Source: Eledone cirrhosa
Taxonomy: Eukaryota
Direction of reading: 5' to 3'
NCBI GenBank assembly: GCA_964016885.1
Contig: OZ024748.1
Location: forward strand, 41,664,001-41,728,000
DNA length: 64,000 bases
In this document: piece after piece, positions 50,201 through 64,000 of the stretch
Layout: every line of letters begins with the position of its first letter
How positions within the stretch are numbered: position 1 is the stretch's first letter
Notes under the pieces: model-generated
The model's input: the letters and a program-made list of their open reading frames with translations, nothing else
What the model was told of the DNA's origin: nothing
The model's database searches: none
Made by a program: the position numbers and the translations under genes

Positions 50201-53200
50201 AGACAGATGTGAGTGAGGTACAGGAGAATTATAGACAGGTGGGGGGATGTCAGGTGAGCAGAGACAGAGAGACAGACAGGAGAGCGACACATTGGTCAAT
50301 TATGGACAGGTGGGGGAATGTCAGGTGAGCAGTGACAGGGAGACATGAGAGAGACACTAAGACAATTATAGACAGGTGATGGGGAATCTCAGGTGAGCAG
50401 AGACAGATAGACAGACGTGAGAGACAGACTAGGACAATTATAGACAGGTGGGGGGAATGTCAGGTGAGCAGAGACAGACACACAGACGTGAGAGAGAAAC
50501 TAGGACAATTATAGACAGGTGGGGGAATGTCATGTGAGCAAAGACAGACAGACAGATGTGAGAGAGACACTAGGACAATTATAGACAGGTGGGGGAATGT
50601 CAGGTGAGCAGAGACAGACAGACGTGAGAGAGAAACTAGGACAATTATAGACAGGTGGGGGGAATCTCAGGTGAGCAGAGACAGACAGACAGACATGAGA
50701 GTGACACTAGGACAATTATAGACAGGTGACGGGGAATCTCCGGTAAGCAGAGACAAACAGACGTGAGAGAGACGCTCGGACAATTATAGACAGGTGGGGG
50801 TAATGTCAGCTGAGCAGAGACGGCCAGAAAGACATGACAGAGACACTAGGACAATTATAGACAGGTGGGGGGAATGTCAGGTGAGCAGAGACAGACACAC
50901 AGACGTGAGAGAGAAACTAGGACAATTATAGACAGGTGGGGCAATGTCAAGTGAGCAGAGACAGACAGACGTGAGAGAGAAACTAGGATAATTATAGACA
51001 TGTGGGGGGAATGTTAGGTGAGCAGAGACAGACAGACGAGAGAGGGAGAAACTAGGACAATTATAGACAGGTGGGGCAATGTCAAGTGAGCAGACACAGA
51101 CAGACGTGAGAGAGAAACTAGGATAATTATAGACATGTGGGGGGAATATCAGGTGAGCAGAGACAGACAGACGTGAGAGATAGACTAGGACAATTATAGA
51201 CAGGCGGGGGGAATGTCAGGTGAGCAGAGTAAGACAAACCGAAGTGAGAGACAGACTAGGACAATTATAGACAGGTAGAGGGAATGTCAAGTGAGCAGAG
51301 ACAAACAGACATGAGAGACACTAGGATAATTATAGACAGGTGGGGGAATGTCAGGTGAGCAGAGACAGACAGACAGATGTGAGAGAGACACTAGGACAAT
51401 TATAGACAGGTGGGGGGAATGTCAGGTGAGCAGAGACAGACACACGAGAGAGAGACACTAAGGACAATTATAGACAGGTGAGGAGGAATCTCAGGTGAGC
51501 AGACTCAGACAGACAGATGTGAGAGAGGCACTGGGACAATTATAGACAGGTAGAGGGAATGTCAGGTGAGAAGAGACAGCCAGACAAGAGAGAGAGACAC
51601 TAGGACAATTATATACAGGTGGGGGAATATCAGGTGAGCAGAGACAGACAGACGTGAGAGAGAAACTAGGATAATTATAGACAGGTGGGGGGAATGTTAG
51701 GTGAGCAGAAAGAGACAAGCAGACGTGAGAGACACTAGGATAATTATAGACAAGTGGGGGGCAATCTCAGGTGAGCAGAGACAGACAGACAGACGTGAGA
51801 GACAGACTAGGACAATTATAGACAGGTGGGGGGAATGTCAGATGAGCAGAGACAGACATGAGAGAGACACTAGGATAATTATAGACAGGTGAGGGGCAAT
51901 CTCAGGTGAGCTGAGACAGACAGACATGAGAGACAGACTAGGGCAATTATAGACAGGTGGGGGGGAATCTCAGAAAAGACAGACAGACAGACGTGAGAGA
52001 GACACTAGGACGATTATAGAAAGGTGGGGGGATTGTCAGGTGAGTAGAGACAGATAGACGAGAGAGAGACACTAGGACAATTATAGACAGGTGAGGGGGA
52101 ATCTCAGGTGAGCAGAGACAGACAGACGTGAGGGAGACAATAGGACAATTAAAGACAGGTGGAGGGAATGTCAGGTGAGCAGAGACAGATAGACAGATGT
52201 GAGAGACAGAGTAGGACAATTATAGACAGGTGGGGGGAATGTCAGGTGAGCAGACACAGACGTGAGAGAGACACTAGGATAATTATAGAGGTGAGGGGCA
52301 ATCTCAGGTGAGCAGAGACAGACAGACAGATGTGAGAGACAGACTAGGACAATTATAAACAGGTGGAGGGAATGTCAGGTGAGCAGAGACAGATAGACGA
52401 GAGACAGACACTACGACAATTATAGACAGGTGAGGGGGAATCTCAGGTGAGCAGAGATAGACAGACGTGAGAGACAGACTAGGACTATTATAGACAGGTG
52501 GGGGGAATGTCAGGTGAGCAGAGACAGACACACAGACGTGAGACAGAAACTAGGACAATTATAGACAGGTGGGGGAATGTCAGGTGAGCAGAGACTGGCA
52601 TGAGAGAGACACTAGGACAATTATAGACAGGTGGAGGGAATGTCAGGTGAGCAGGGACAGACAGACATGAGGGAGACACTAGGACAATTATAGACAGGTG
52701 ACGGGGAATCTCAGGTAAGCAGAGACAGACACACGTGAGAGAGACACTCGGACAATTATAGACAGGTGGGGGAATATCAGGTGAGCAGAGACAGACAGAC
52801 GTGAGAGAGAAATTAGGACAATTATAGACAGGTGGGGGAATGTCAGGTGAGCAGAGACAGACAGACGTGAGAGAGAAATTAGGGTAATTATAGACAGGTG
52901 AGGGGGAATCTCAGGTGAGCAGAGATAGACAGACGTGAGAGACAGACTAGGACAATTATAGACAGGTGGGGGGAATGTCAGGTGAGCAGAAAGAGACAGA
53001 CAGACGTGAGAGACACTAGGAGAATTATAGACAGGTGGGGGGAATGTCAGGTGAGCAGAGACAGACATTAGAGAGACACTAGGACAATTATAGACAGGTG
53101 GCGGGGAATCTCAGGTAAGCAGAGACAGACACACGTGAGAGAGACACTCGGACAATTATAGACAGGTGGGGTAATGTCAGGTGAGCAGAGACAGACAGAC

Positions 53201-56200
53201 AGACGTGAGAGAGACACTAGGACAGTTATAGACAGGTGGGAGGAATGTCAGGTGAGCAGAAACAGACAGACAGACGTGAGAGACACTAGGACAATTATAG
53301 ACATGTGGGGGGAATGTCAGGTGAGCAGAGACAGACAGACAGACGTGAGAGAGACACTAGGACAATTATAGACAGGTGAGGGGCAATCTCAGGTGAGCAG
53401 AGACAGACAGACAGACAGACGTGAGAGAGACACAAGGACAATTATAGACAGGTGGGGGGAATGTCAGGTGAGCAGAGACAGACAGACGAGAGAGAGACAC
53501 TAGGACAATTATAGACAGGTGAGGAGGAATCTCAGGTGAGCAGACTCAGACAGACAGATGTGAGAGAGGCACTAGGACAATTATAGACAGGTGGAAGGAA
53601 TGTCAGGTGAGCGGAGACAGCTAGACGAGAGAGAGAGAGACTAGGACAATTATATACAGGTGGGGGAATATCAGGTGAGCAGAGACAGAAAGACGTGAGA
53701 GAAAAACTAGGACAATTATAGACAGGTGGGGGAATGTCAGGTGAGCGAAGACAGACAGACAGATGTGAGAGAGACACTAGGACAATTATAGACAGGTCGG
53801 GGAATGTCAGGTGAGCAGAGACAGGCAGACAGACGTGAGAGAGACACTAGGACAATTATAGACAGCTGGGGGGAATGTCAGGTGAGCAGAGACAGACATG
53901 AGAGACACTAGGATAATTATAGACAGGTGAGGGGCATTCTCAGGTGAGCAGAGACAGACAGACAGACGTGAGAGACCGACTAGGACAATTATAGACAGGT
54001 GGGGGGAATCTCAGGTGAGGACAGACAGACAGACGTTAGAGAGACACTAGGACAATTATAGACAGGTGGGGGGAATGTCAGGTAAGCAGAGACAGATAGA
54101 CGAGAGAGAGACACTAGGACAATTATAGACAGGTGAGGGGGAATCTCAGGTGAGCAGAGACAGATAGACAGATGTGAGAGACAGACTAGGACAATTATAG
54201 ACAGGTGGAGGGAATGTCAGGTGAGCAGAGACAGATAGACGAGAGACAGACACTAGGACAATTATAGACAGGTGAGGGGGAATCTCAGGTGAGCAGAGAT
54301 AGACAGACGTGAGAGACAGACTAGGACTATTATAGACAGGTGGGGGGAATGTCAGGTGAGCAGAGACAGACACACAGACGTGAGACAGAAACTAGGACAA
54401 TTATAGACAGGTGGGGGAATGTCAGGTGAGGAGAGACAGGCATGAGAGAGACACTAGGACAATTATAGACAGGTGGAGGGAATGTCAGGTGAGCAGGGAC
54501 AGACAGACATGAGGGAGACACTAGGACAATTATAGACAGGTGACGGGGAATCTCAGGTAAGCAGAGACAGACACACGTGAGAGAGACACTCGGACAATTA
54601 TAGACAGGTGGGGGAATATCAGGTGAGCAGAGACAGACAGACGTGAGAGAGAAAATAGGACAATTATAGACAGGTGGGGGAATGTCAGGTGAGCAAAGAC
54701 AGACAGACAGATGTGAGAGAGAGACTAGGACAATTATGGACAGGTGGGGGAATGTCAGGTGAGCAGAGACAGACAGACGTGAGAGAGAAATTAGGATAAT
54801 TATAGACAGGTGAGGGGGAATCTCAGGTGAGCAGAGATAGACAGACGTGAGAGACAGACTAGGACAATTATAGACAGGTGGGGGGAATGTCAGGTGAGCA
54901 GAAAGAGACAGACAGACGTGAGAGACACTAGGAGAATTATAGACAGGTGGGGGGAATGTCAGGTGAGCAGAGACAGACATGAGAGAGACACTAGGACAAT
55001 TATAGACAGGTGACGGGGAATCTCAGGTAAGCAGAGACAGACACACGTGAGAGAGACTAGGACAATTATATACAGGTGGGGGAATATCAGGTGAGCAGAG
55101 ACAGAAAGACGTGAGAGAAAAACTAGGACAATTATAGACAGGTGGGGGAATGTCAGGTGAGCAAAGACAGACAGACAGATGTGAGAGAGACACTAGGACA
55201 ATTATAGACAGGTGGGGGAATGTCAGGTGAGCAGAGACAGACAGACGTGAGAGAGAAACTAGGATGATTATAGACAGGTGGGTGGAATGTCAGGTGAGCA
55301 GAAAGAGACAGACAGACGTGAGAGACACTAGGACAATTATAGACAGGTGGGGGGAATGTCAGGTGAGCAGGGACAGACATGAGAGAGACACTAGGACAAT
55401 TATAGACAGGTGGGGGGAATGTCAGGTGAGCAGGGACAGACATGAGAGAGACACTAGGACAATTATAAACAGGTGGGGGGAATGTCAGGTGAGCAGAGAC
55501 AGACACACAGACGTGAGAGAGAAACTAGGACAATTATAGACAGGTGGGGGTAATGTCAGGTGAGCAGAGACGGCCACAAAGACGTGAGAGAGAAACTAGG
55601 ATAATTATAGACATGTGGGGGGAATGTTAGGTGAGCAGAGACAGACAGACGAGAGAGGGAGACACTAGGACAATTATAGACAGGTAGAGGGAATATCAGG
55701 TGAGCAGAGACAGACAGACGTGAGAGATAGACTAGGACAATTATAGACAGGCGGGGGGAATGTCAGGTGAGCAGAGTAAGACAGACCGAAGTGAGAGACA
55801 GACTAGGACAATTATAGACAGGTAGAGGGAATGTCAAGTGAGCAGAGACAAACAGACATGAGAGACACTAGGATAATTATAGACAGGTGGGGGAATGTCA
55901 GGTGAGCAGAGACAGACAGACAGATGTGAGAGAGACACTAGGACAATTATAGACAGGTGGGGGGAATGTCAGGTGAGCAGAGACAGACACACGAGAGAGA
56001 GACACGAAGGACAATTATACACAGGTGAGGAGGAATCTCAGGTGAGCAGACTCAGACAGACAGATGTGAGAGAGGCACTAGGACAATTATAGACAGGTAG
56101 AGGGAATGTCAGGTGAGCGGAGACAGCCAGACAAGAGAGAGAGACACTAGGACAATTATATACAGGTGGGGGAATATCAGGTGAGCAGAGACAGACAGAC

Positions 56201-59200
56201 GTGAGAGAGAAACTAGGATAATTATAGACAGGTGGGGGGAATGTTAGGTGAGCAGAAAGAGACAAGCAGACGTGAGAGACACTAGGATAATTATAGACAA
56301 GTGGGGGGCAATCTCAGGTGAGCAGAGACAGACAGACAGACGTGAGAGACAGACTAGGACAATTATAGACAGGTGGGGGGAATGTCAGATGGGTAGAGAC
56401 AGACATGAGAGAGACACTAGGATAATTATAGACAGGTGAGGGGCAATCTCAGGTGAGCTGAGAGAGACAGACGTGAGAGACAGACTAGGACAATTATAGA
56501 CAGGTGGGGGGAATGTCAGGTGAGCAGAAAGAGACAGACAGACGTGAGAGACACTAGGAGAATTATAGACAGGTGGGGGGAATGTCAGGTGAGCAGAGAC
56601 AGACATGAGAGAGACACTAGGACAATTATAGACAGGTGACGGGGAATCTCAGGTAAGCAGAGACAGACACACGTGAGAGAGAGAGACTAGGACAATTATA
56701 TACAGGTGGGGGAATATCAGGTGAGCAGAGACAGAAAGACGTGAGAGAAAAACTAGGACAATTATAGACAGGTGGGGGGATTGTCAGGTGAGTAGAGACA
56801 GATAGACGAGAGAGAGACACTAGGACAATTATAGACAGGTGAGGGGGAATCTCAGGTGAGCAGAGACAGACAGACGTGAGGGAGACAATAGGACAATTAA
56901 AGACAGGTGGAGGGAATGTCAGGTGAGCAGAGACAGACAGACAGATGTGAGAGACAGACTAGGACAATTATAAACAGGTGGAGGGAATGTCAGGTGAGCA
57001 GAGACAGATAGACGAGAGAGAGACACTAGGACAATTATAGACAGGTGAGTGGGAATCTCAGGTGAGCAGAGATAGACAGACGTGAGAGACAGACTAGGAC
57101 TATTATAGACAGGTGGGGGGAATGTCAGGTGAGCAGAGACAGACACACAGACGTGAGACAGAAACTAGGACAATTATAGACAGGTGGGGGAATGTCAGGT
57201 GAGCAGAGACAGACATGAGAGAGACACTAGGACAATTATAGACAGGTGGAGGGAATGTCAGGTGAGCAGGGACAGACAGACATGAGGGAGACACTAGGAC
57301 AATTATAGACAGGTGACGGGGAATCTCAGGTAAGCAGAGACAGACACACGTGAGAGAGACACTCGGACAATTATAGACAGGTGGGGTAATGTCAGGTGAG
57401 CAGAGACAGACAGACAGACGTGAGAGAGACACTAGGACAATTATATACAGGTGGGGGAATATCAGGTGAGCAGAGACAGACAGACGTGAGAGAGAAATTA
57501 GGACAATTATAGACAGGTGGGGGAATGTCAGGTGAGCAAAGACAGACAGACAGATGTGAGAGAGAGACTAGGACAATTATAGACAGGTGGGGGAATGTCA
57601 GGTGAGCAGAGACAGACAGACGTGAGAGAGAAATTAGGATAATTATAGACAGGTGAGGGGGAATCTCAGGTGAGCAGAGATAGACAGACGTGAGAGACAG
57701 ACTAGGACAATTATAGACAGGTGGGGGGAATGTCAGGTGAGCAGAAAGAGACAGACAGACGTGAGAGACACTAGGAGAATTATAGACAGGTGGGGGGAAT
57801 GTCAGGTGAGCAGAGACAGACATGAGAGAGACACTAGGACAATTATAGACAGGTGACGGGGAATCTCAGGTAAGCAGAGACAGACACACGTGAGAGAGAG
57901 AGACTAGGACAATTATATACAGGTGGGGGAATATCAGGTGAGCAGAGACAGAAAGACGTGAGAGAAAAACTAGGACAATTATAGACAGGTGGGGGAATGT
58001 CAGGTGAGCAAAGACAGACAGACAGATGTGAGAGAGACACTAGGACAATTATAGACAGGTCGGGGAATGTCAGGTGAGCAGAGACAGACAGACGTGAGAG
58101 AGACACTAGGACAATTATAGACAGGTGGGGGGAATGTCAGGTGAGCAGAGACAGACATGAGAGACACTAGGATAATTATAGACAGGTGAGGGGCATTCTC
58201 AGGTGAGCAGAGACAGACAGACAGACGTGAGAGACCGACTAGGACAATTATAGACAGGTGGGGGGAATCTCAGGTGAGCACAGACAGACAGACGTGAGAG
58301 AGACACTAGGACAATTATAGACAGGTGAGGGGGAAAGTCAGGTGAGCAGAGAAAGACAGACAGACGTGAGAGAGACACTAGGACAATTATAGACAGGTAG
58401 AGGGAATGTCAGGTGAGCAGAGACAGACAGACGTGAGAGAGACACTAGGACAATTATAGACAGGTGAGAGGGAATGTCAGGTGAGCAGAGACAGACAGAC
58501 AGACGTGAGAGACACTAGGACAATTATAGACAGGTGGGGAGAATGTCAGGTGAGCAGAGACAGACAGACGTGAGAGACAGACTAGGACAATTATAGACAG
58601 GTGGGGAGAATGTCAGGTGAGCAGAGACAGACAGACATGAGGGAGACACTAGGACGATTATAGAAAGGTGACGGGGAATCTCAGGTGAGCAGAGACAGAC
58701 AGACGTGAGAGAGACACTAGGACAATTATAGACAGATGGGGGGAATGTCAGGTGAACAGAGAGAGACAGACAGACGTGAGAGACAGACCAGGACAATTAT
58801 AGACAGGTGAGGGGGAATGTCAGGTGAGCAGAGACAGACAGACGTGAGAGAGACACTAGGACAATTTTAGACAGGTGGGGGGAATGTCAGGTGAGCACAA
58901 ACAAACAGACGTGAGAGGCAGACTAGGACATTTATAGACAGGTGGGGAGAATGTCAGGTGAGCAGAGACAGAGAGACATGAGGGAGACACTAGGACAATT
59001 ATAGACAGGTGACGGGGAATCTCAGGTGAGCAGAGACAGACAGACATGAGAGAGTCACTAGGACAATTATAGACAGGTGGGGAGAATGTCAAGTGAGCAG
59101 AGACAGACAGACAGACGTGAGGGAGACACTAGGATAATTATAGACAGGTGGGGGGAATGTCAGTTTAGCAGAGACAGACAGACAGAGGAGAGAGAGACAC

Positions 59201-62200
59201 TAGGACAATTATAGACAGGTGGGGGGAATGTCAGGTGATCAGACACACACAGACAGATGTGAGAGAGCCACTAGGACAATTATAGACAGGTGAGGGTGAA
59301 TCTCAGGTGAGCATAAAAAGACAGACAGACGTGAGAGAATCTAGGACAATTATAGACAGGTGAGGGGAATGTCAGGTGTGCAGAGACAGACAGACAGATG
59401 TGAGAGACAGACCAGGACAATTATAGACAGGTGAGGGGGAATATCAGATGAGCAGTGACAGACAGACGTGAGAGAGACACTAGGACAATTATAGACAGGT
59501 GGGGGAATGTCAGGTGAGCAGAGACAGACAGACAGACGTGAGAGAGAAACTAGGATAATTATAGCCAGGTGGGGGGAATGTCAGGTGAGCAGAGACAGAC
59601 AGACAGACGTGAGAGAGACACTAGGACAATTATAGTCAGTGGAGGGAATGTCAGGTGAGCAGAGACACACAGACAGACATGAGAGACAGACCAGGACAAT
59701 TATAGACAGGTGAGGGGGAATATCAGATGAGCAGTGACAGACAGACGTGAGAGAGACACTAGGACAATTATAGACAGGTTGAGGTAATGTCAGGTGAGCA
59801 GAGACAGACACAGACGTGAGAGAGACACTAGGACAATTATAGACAGGTGGGGTAAATGTCAGGTGAACAGAGACAGACAGACAGACGTGAGAGACAGACC
59901 AGGACAATTATAGACAGGTGGGGCGAATGTCAGGTGAGCAGAGACAGACAGACATGAGGGAGATACTAGGATAATTATAAACAGGTGAGGGGGATTGTCA
60001 GGTAAGGAGAGACAGACAGACGTGAGAGAGATACTAGGACAAATATAGACAGGTGGAAGGAATGTCAGGTGAGCAGGGACAGACAGACATGAGAGACAGA
60101 CTAGGACAATTATAGACAGGTGGGGAGAATGTCAGGTGAACAGAGACAGACAGACGTGAGAGAGACACTAGGACAATTATAGACAGGTGAGAGAAATGTC
60201 AGGTGAGCAGAGACAGACAGACAGACGTGAGAGAGACACTAGGACAATTATAGACAGGTAGAGGGAATGTCAGGTAAGCAGAGACAGACAGACGTGAGAG
60301 AGACACTAGGACAACTATAGACAGGTGGGAGAATGTCAGGTGAGCAGAGACAGACAGACAGACATGAGAGAGACACTAGGCCAATTATAGACAGGTGGGA
60401 GGAATGTCAGGTGAGCAGAGACAAACAGACAGACATGAGAGAGACACTATGACAATTATAGACATGTGAGGGGAATGTCAGGTGAACAGAGACAGACAGA
60501 CGTGAGAGAGATACTAGGACAATTATAGACAGGTGGGGGAATGTCAGGTGAGCAGAGACAGACAAACGTGAGAGAGAAACTAGGATAATTATAGACAGGT
60601 GGGGGGAATGTCAGGTGAGCAGAGACAGACAGACGTGACAACGACACTAGGACAATTATAGACAGGTGGGAGGAATGTCAGGTGAGCGGAGACAGACAGA
60701 CGTGAGTGAGACACTAGGACAATTATAGACAGGTGGGAGGAATGTCAGGTGAGCAGAGACAGACAGACAGACGTGAGAGAGACACTAGGACAATTATAGT
60801 CAGGTGGAGGGAATGTCAGGTGAGCAGAGACAGACAGACAGATGTGAGAGAGACACTAGGACAATTATAGACAGGTGGGGGGAATATCAGGTGATCAGAC
60901 ACACACAGACACAAGTGAGAGAGCCACTAGGACAATTATAGACAGGTGAGGCTGAATCTCAGGTGAGCAGAGACAGACAGACGTGAAAGAGACACTAGGA
61001 CAATTATAGACAGGTGGGGGAATGTCAGGTGAGCAGAGACAGACTGACAGACGTGAGAGAGAAACTAGGATAATTATAGACAGGTGGGGGCAATGTCAGG
61101 TGAGCAGACAGACAGACAGACGTGAGAGAGACACTAGGACAATTATAGTCAGTGGAGGGAATGTCAGGTGAGCAGAGACACACAGACAGATGTGAGAGAC
61201 AGACCAGGACAATTATAGACAGGTGAGAGGGAATATCAGATGAGCAGAGACAGACAGACGTGAGAGAGACACTAGGACAATTATAGACAGGTTGAGGTAA
61301 TGTCAGGTGAGCAGAGACAGACACACAGATGTGAGAGAGACACTAGGACAATTATAGACAGGTGGGGGAATGTCAGGTGAAAAGAGACAGACAGACAGAC
61401 GTGAGAGACAGACCAGTACAATTATAGACAGGTGGGGGGAATGTCAGGTGAGCAGAGACAGACAGACATGAGGGAGATACTAGGATAATTATAGACAAGT
61501 GAGGGGGATTGTCAGGTAAGCAGAGACAGACAGACGTGAGAAAGACACTAGGACAAATATAGACAGCCGGAAGGAATGTCAGGTGAGCAGGGACAGACAG
61601 ACGTGAGAGACAGACTAGGACAATTATAGACAGGTGGGGAGAATGTCAGGTGAGCAGAGACAGACAGACGTGAGAGAGACACTAGGACAATTATAGACAG
61701 GTGAGGGGGAATGTCAGGTGAGCAGAGACAGACAGACGTGAGAGAGACACTAGGACAATTATAGACAGGTGTGAGAAATGTCAGATGAGCAGAGACAGAC
61801 AGACAGACGTGAGAGAGACACTAGGACATTTATAGACAGGTGAGGGGGAAAGTCAGGTGAGCAAAGAAAGACAGACAGACATGAGAGAGACACTAGGACA
61901 ATTATAGACAGGTGAGGGGGAATGTCAGGTGACCAGAGACAGCCAGACCTGAGAGAGACACTAGGACAATTATAGACAGGTAGAGGGAATGTCAGGTGAC
62001 CAGAGACAGACAGACGTGAGAAAGACACTAGGACAATTATAGACAGGCGAGAGGGAATGTCAGGTGAGCAGAGACAGACAGACAGACGTGAGAGACACTA
62101 GGACAATTAAAGACAAGTGGGGGGAATGTCAGGTGAGCAGAGACAGACAGACGTGAGAGACAGAGTACGACAATTATAGACAGGTGGGGAGAATGTCAGG

Positions 62201-64000
62201 TGAGCAGAGACAGACAGACATGAGGGAGACACTAGGACAATTATAGACAGGTGACGGGGAATCTCAGGTGAGCAGAGACAGACAGACGTGAGAGAGACAC
62301 TAGGACAATTATAGACAGGTGGGGGGAATGTCAGGTGAACAGAGAGAGACAGAAAGACGTGAGAGACAGACCAGGACAATTATAGACAGGTGAGGGGAAA
62401 TGTCAGGTGAGCAGAGACAGACAGACGTGAGAGAGACACTAGAACAATTTTAGACAGGTGGGGGGAATGTCAGGTGAGCACAGACAAACAGACGTGAGAG
62501 ACACTAGGACAATTAAAGACAAGTGGGGGGAATGTCAGGTAAGCAGAGACAGACAGACGTGAGAGACAGACTAGGACATTTATAGACAGGTGGGGAGAAT
62601 GTCAGGTGAGCAGAGACAGAGAGACATGAGGGAGACACTAGGACAATTATAGACAGGTGGGGAGAATGTCAGGTGAGCAGAGACAGACAGACAGACGTGA
62701 GGGAGACACTAGGATAATTATAGACAGGTGGGGGGAATGTCAGTTTAGCAGAGACAGACAGAGGAGAGAGAGACACTAGGACAATTATAGAGAGGTGGGG
62801 GGAATGTCAGGTGATCAGACACACACAGACAGATGTGAGAGAGCCACTAGGACAATTATAGACAGGTGAGGGTGAATCTCAGGTGAGCAGAAACAGACAG
62901 ACAGACGTGAGAGAATCTAGGACAATTATAGACAGGTGAGGGGAATGTCAGGTGTGCAGAGACAGACAGACAGACGTGAGAGAGACACTAGGACAATTAT
63001 AGTCAGTGGAGGGAATGTCAGGTGAGCAGAGACACACAGACAGACATGAGAGACAGACCAGGACAATTATAGACAGGTGAGGGGGAATATCAGATGAGCA
63101 GTGACAGACAGACGTGAGAGAGACACTAGGACAATTATAGACAGGTTGAGGTAATGTCAGGTGAGCAGAGACAGACACAGACGTGAGAGAGACACTAGGA
63201 CAATTATAGACAGGTGGGGTAAATGTCAGGTGAACAGAGACAGACAGACAGACGTGAGAGACAGACCAGGACAATTATAGACAGGTGGGGCGAATGTCAG
63301 GTGAGCAGAGACAGACAGACATGAGGGAGATACTAGGATAATTATAAACAGGTGAGGGGGATTGTCAGGTAAGGAGAGACAGACAGACGTGAGAGAGATA
63401 CTAGGACAAATATAGACAGGTGGAAGGAATGTCAGGTGAGCAGGGACAGACAGACATGAGAGACAGACTAGGACAATTATAGACAGGTGGGGAGAATGTC
63501 AGGTGAACAGAGACAGACAGACGTGAGAGAGACACTAGGACAATTATAGACAGGTGAGAGAAATGTCAGGTGAGCAGAGACAGACAGACAGACGTGAGAG
63601 AGACACTAGGACAATTATAGACAGGTAGAGGGAATGTCAGGTAAGCAGAGACAGACAGACGTGAGAGAGACACTAGGACAACTATAGACAGGTGGGAGAA
63701 TGTCAGGTGAGCAGAGACAGACAGACAGACATGAGAGAGACACTAGGCCAATTATAGACAGGTGGGAGGAATGTCAGGTGAGCAGAGACAAACAGACAGA
63801 CATGAGAGAGACACTATGACAATTATAGACATGTGAGGGGAATGTCAGGTGAACAGAGACAGACAGACGTGAGAGAGATACTAGGACAATTATAGACAGG
63901 TGGGGGAATGTCAGGTGAGCAGAGACAGACAAATGTGAGAGAGAAACTAGGATAATTATAGACAGGTGGGGGGAATGTCAGGTGAGCAGAGACAGACAGA
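41240..64000. repeat. >22.7 kb satellite with a ~56-68 bp unit (GAGAGAGACACTAGGACAATTATAGACAGGTGGGGGGAATGTCAGGTGAGCAGA(GACA)nGACGT); runs off the window end
   Basis: Hundreds of visible copies; unit length varies through an internal (GACA)n/(GA)n; kb-scale higher-order duplications. Confidence 0.98.

Noticed and set aside
41567-63274. Many short ORFs (MSVSAHLTFPPPVYNCP…)
   Set aside because: Satellite translations; variable unit length breaks the frame constantly

Overview
Eukaryotic (animal) genomic DNA; the SINE and RTE repeat types suggest an octopod or other coleoid cephalopod (inference). The window is the interior of one minus-strand gene, a REXO5-type DEDDh 3'-5' RNA exonuclease. I assembled eight internal coding exons by hand: 41180-41084, 40144-39986, 37894-37809, 36149-36031, 28185-28047, 21517-21417, 6661-6573 and 2728-2504. 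They total 1015 nt, have GT-AG junctions, all phases match, and the DEDDh motifs are intact. The ORF track misses most of them. About 98% of the window is intron, filled with intron-specific tandem arrays (about 43, 16, 3/36, 48, 9, 40, 72, 30 and 63 bp units) that run up to the splice sites. The introns also hold decayed LINEs (one L1/Tx1-type, four RTE), tRNA-derived SINEs, a DD37D maT, a mariner remnant and Penelope-type hammerhead remnants. The standout is a ~2.1 kb array of ~52 copies of the gene's own 3' splice site plus the first 20 nt of the exon; only the last copy can give an intact protein. Just downstream of the same exon lies a 14 kb array that is almost AG-free and saturated with YCAY on the pre-mRNA strand. 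The giant low-complexity ORFs are repeat artefacts.
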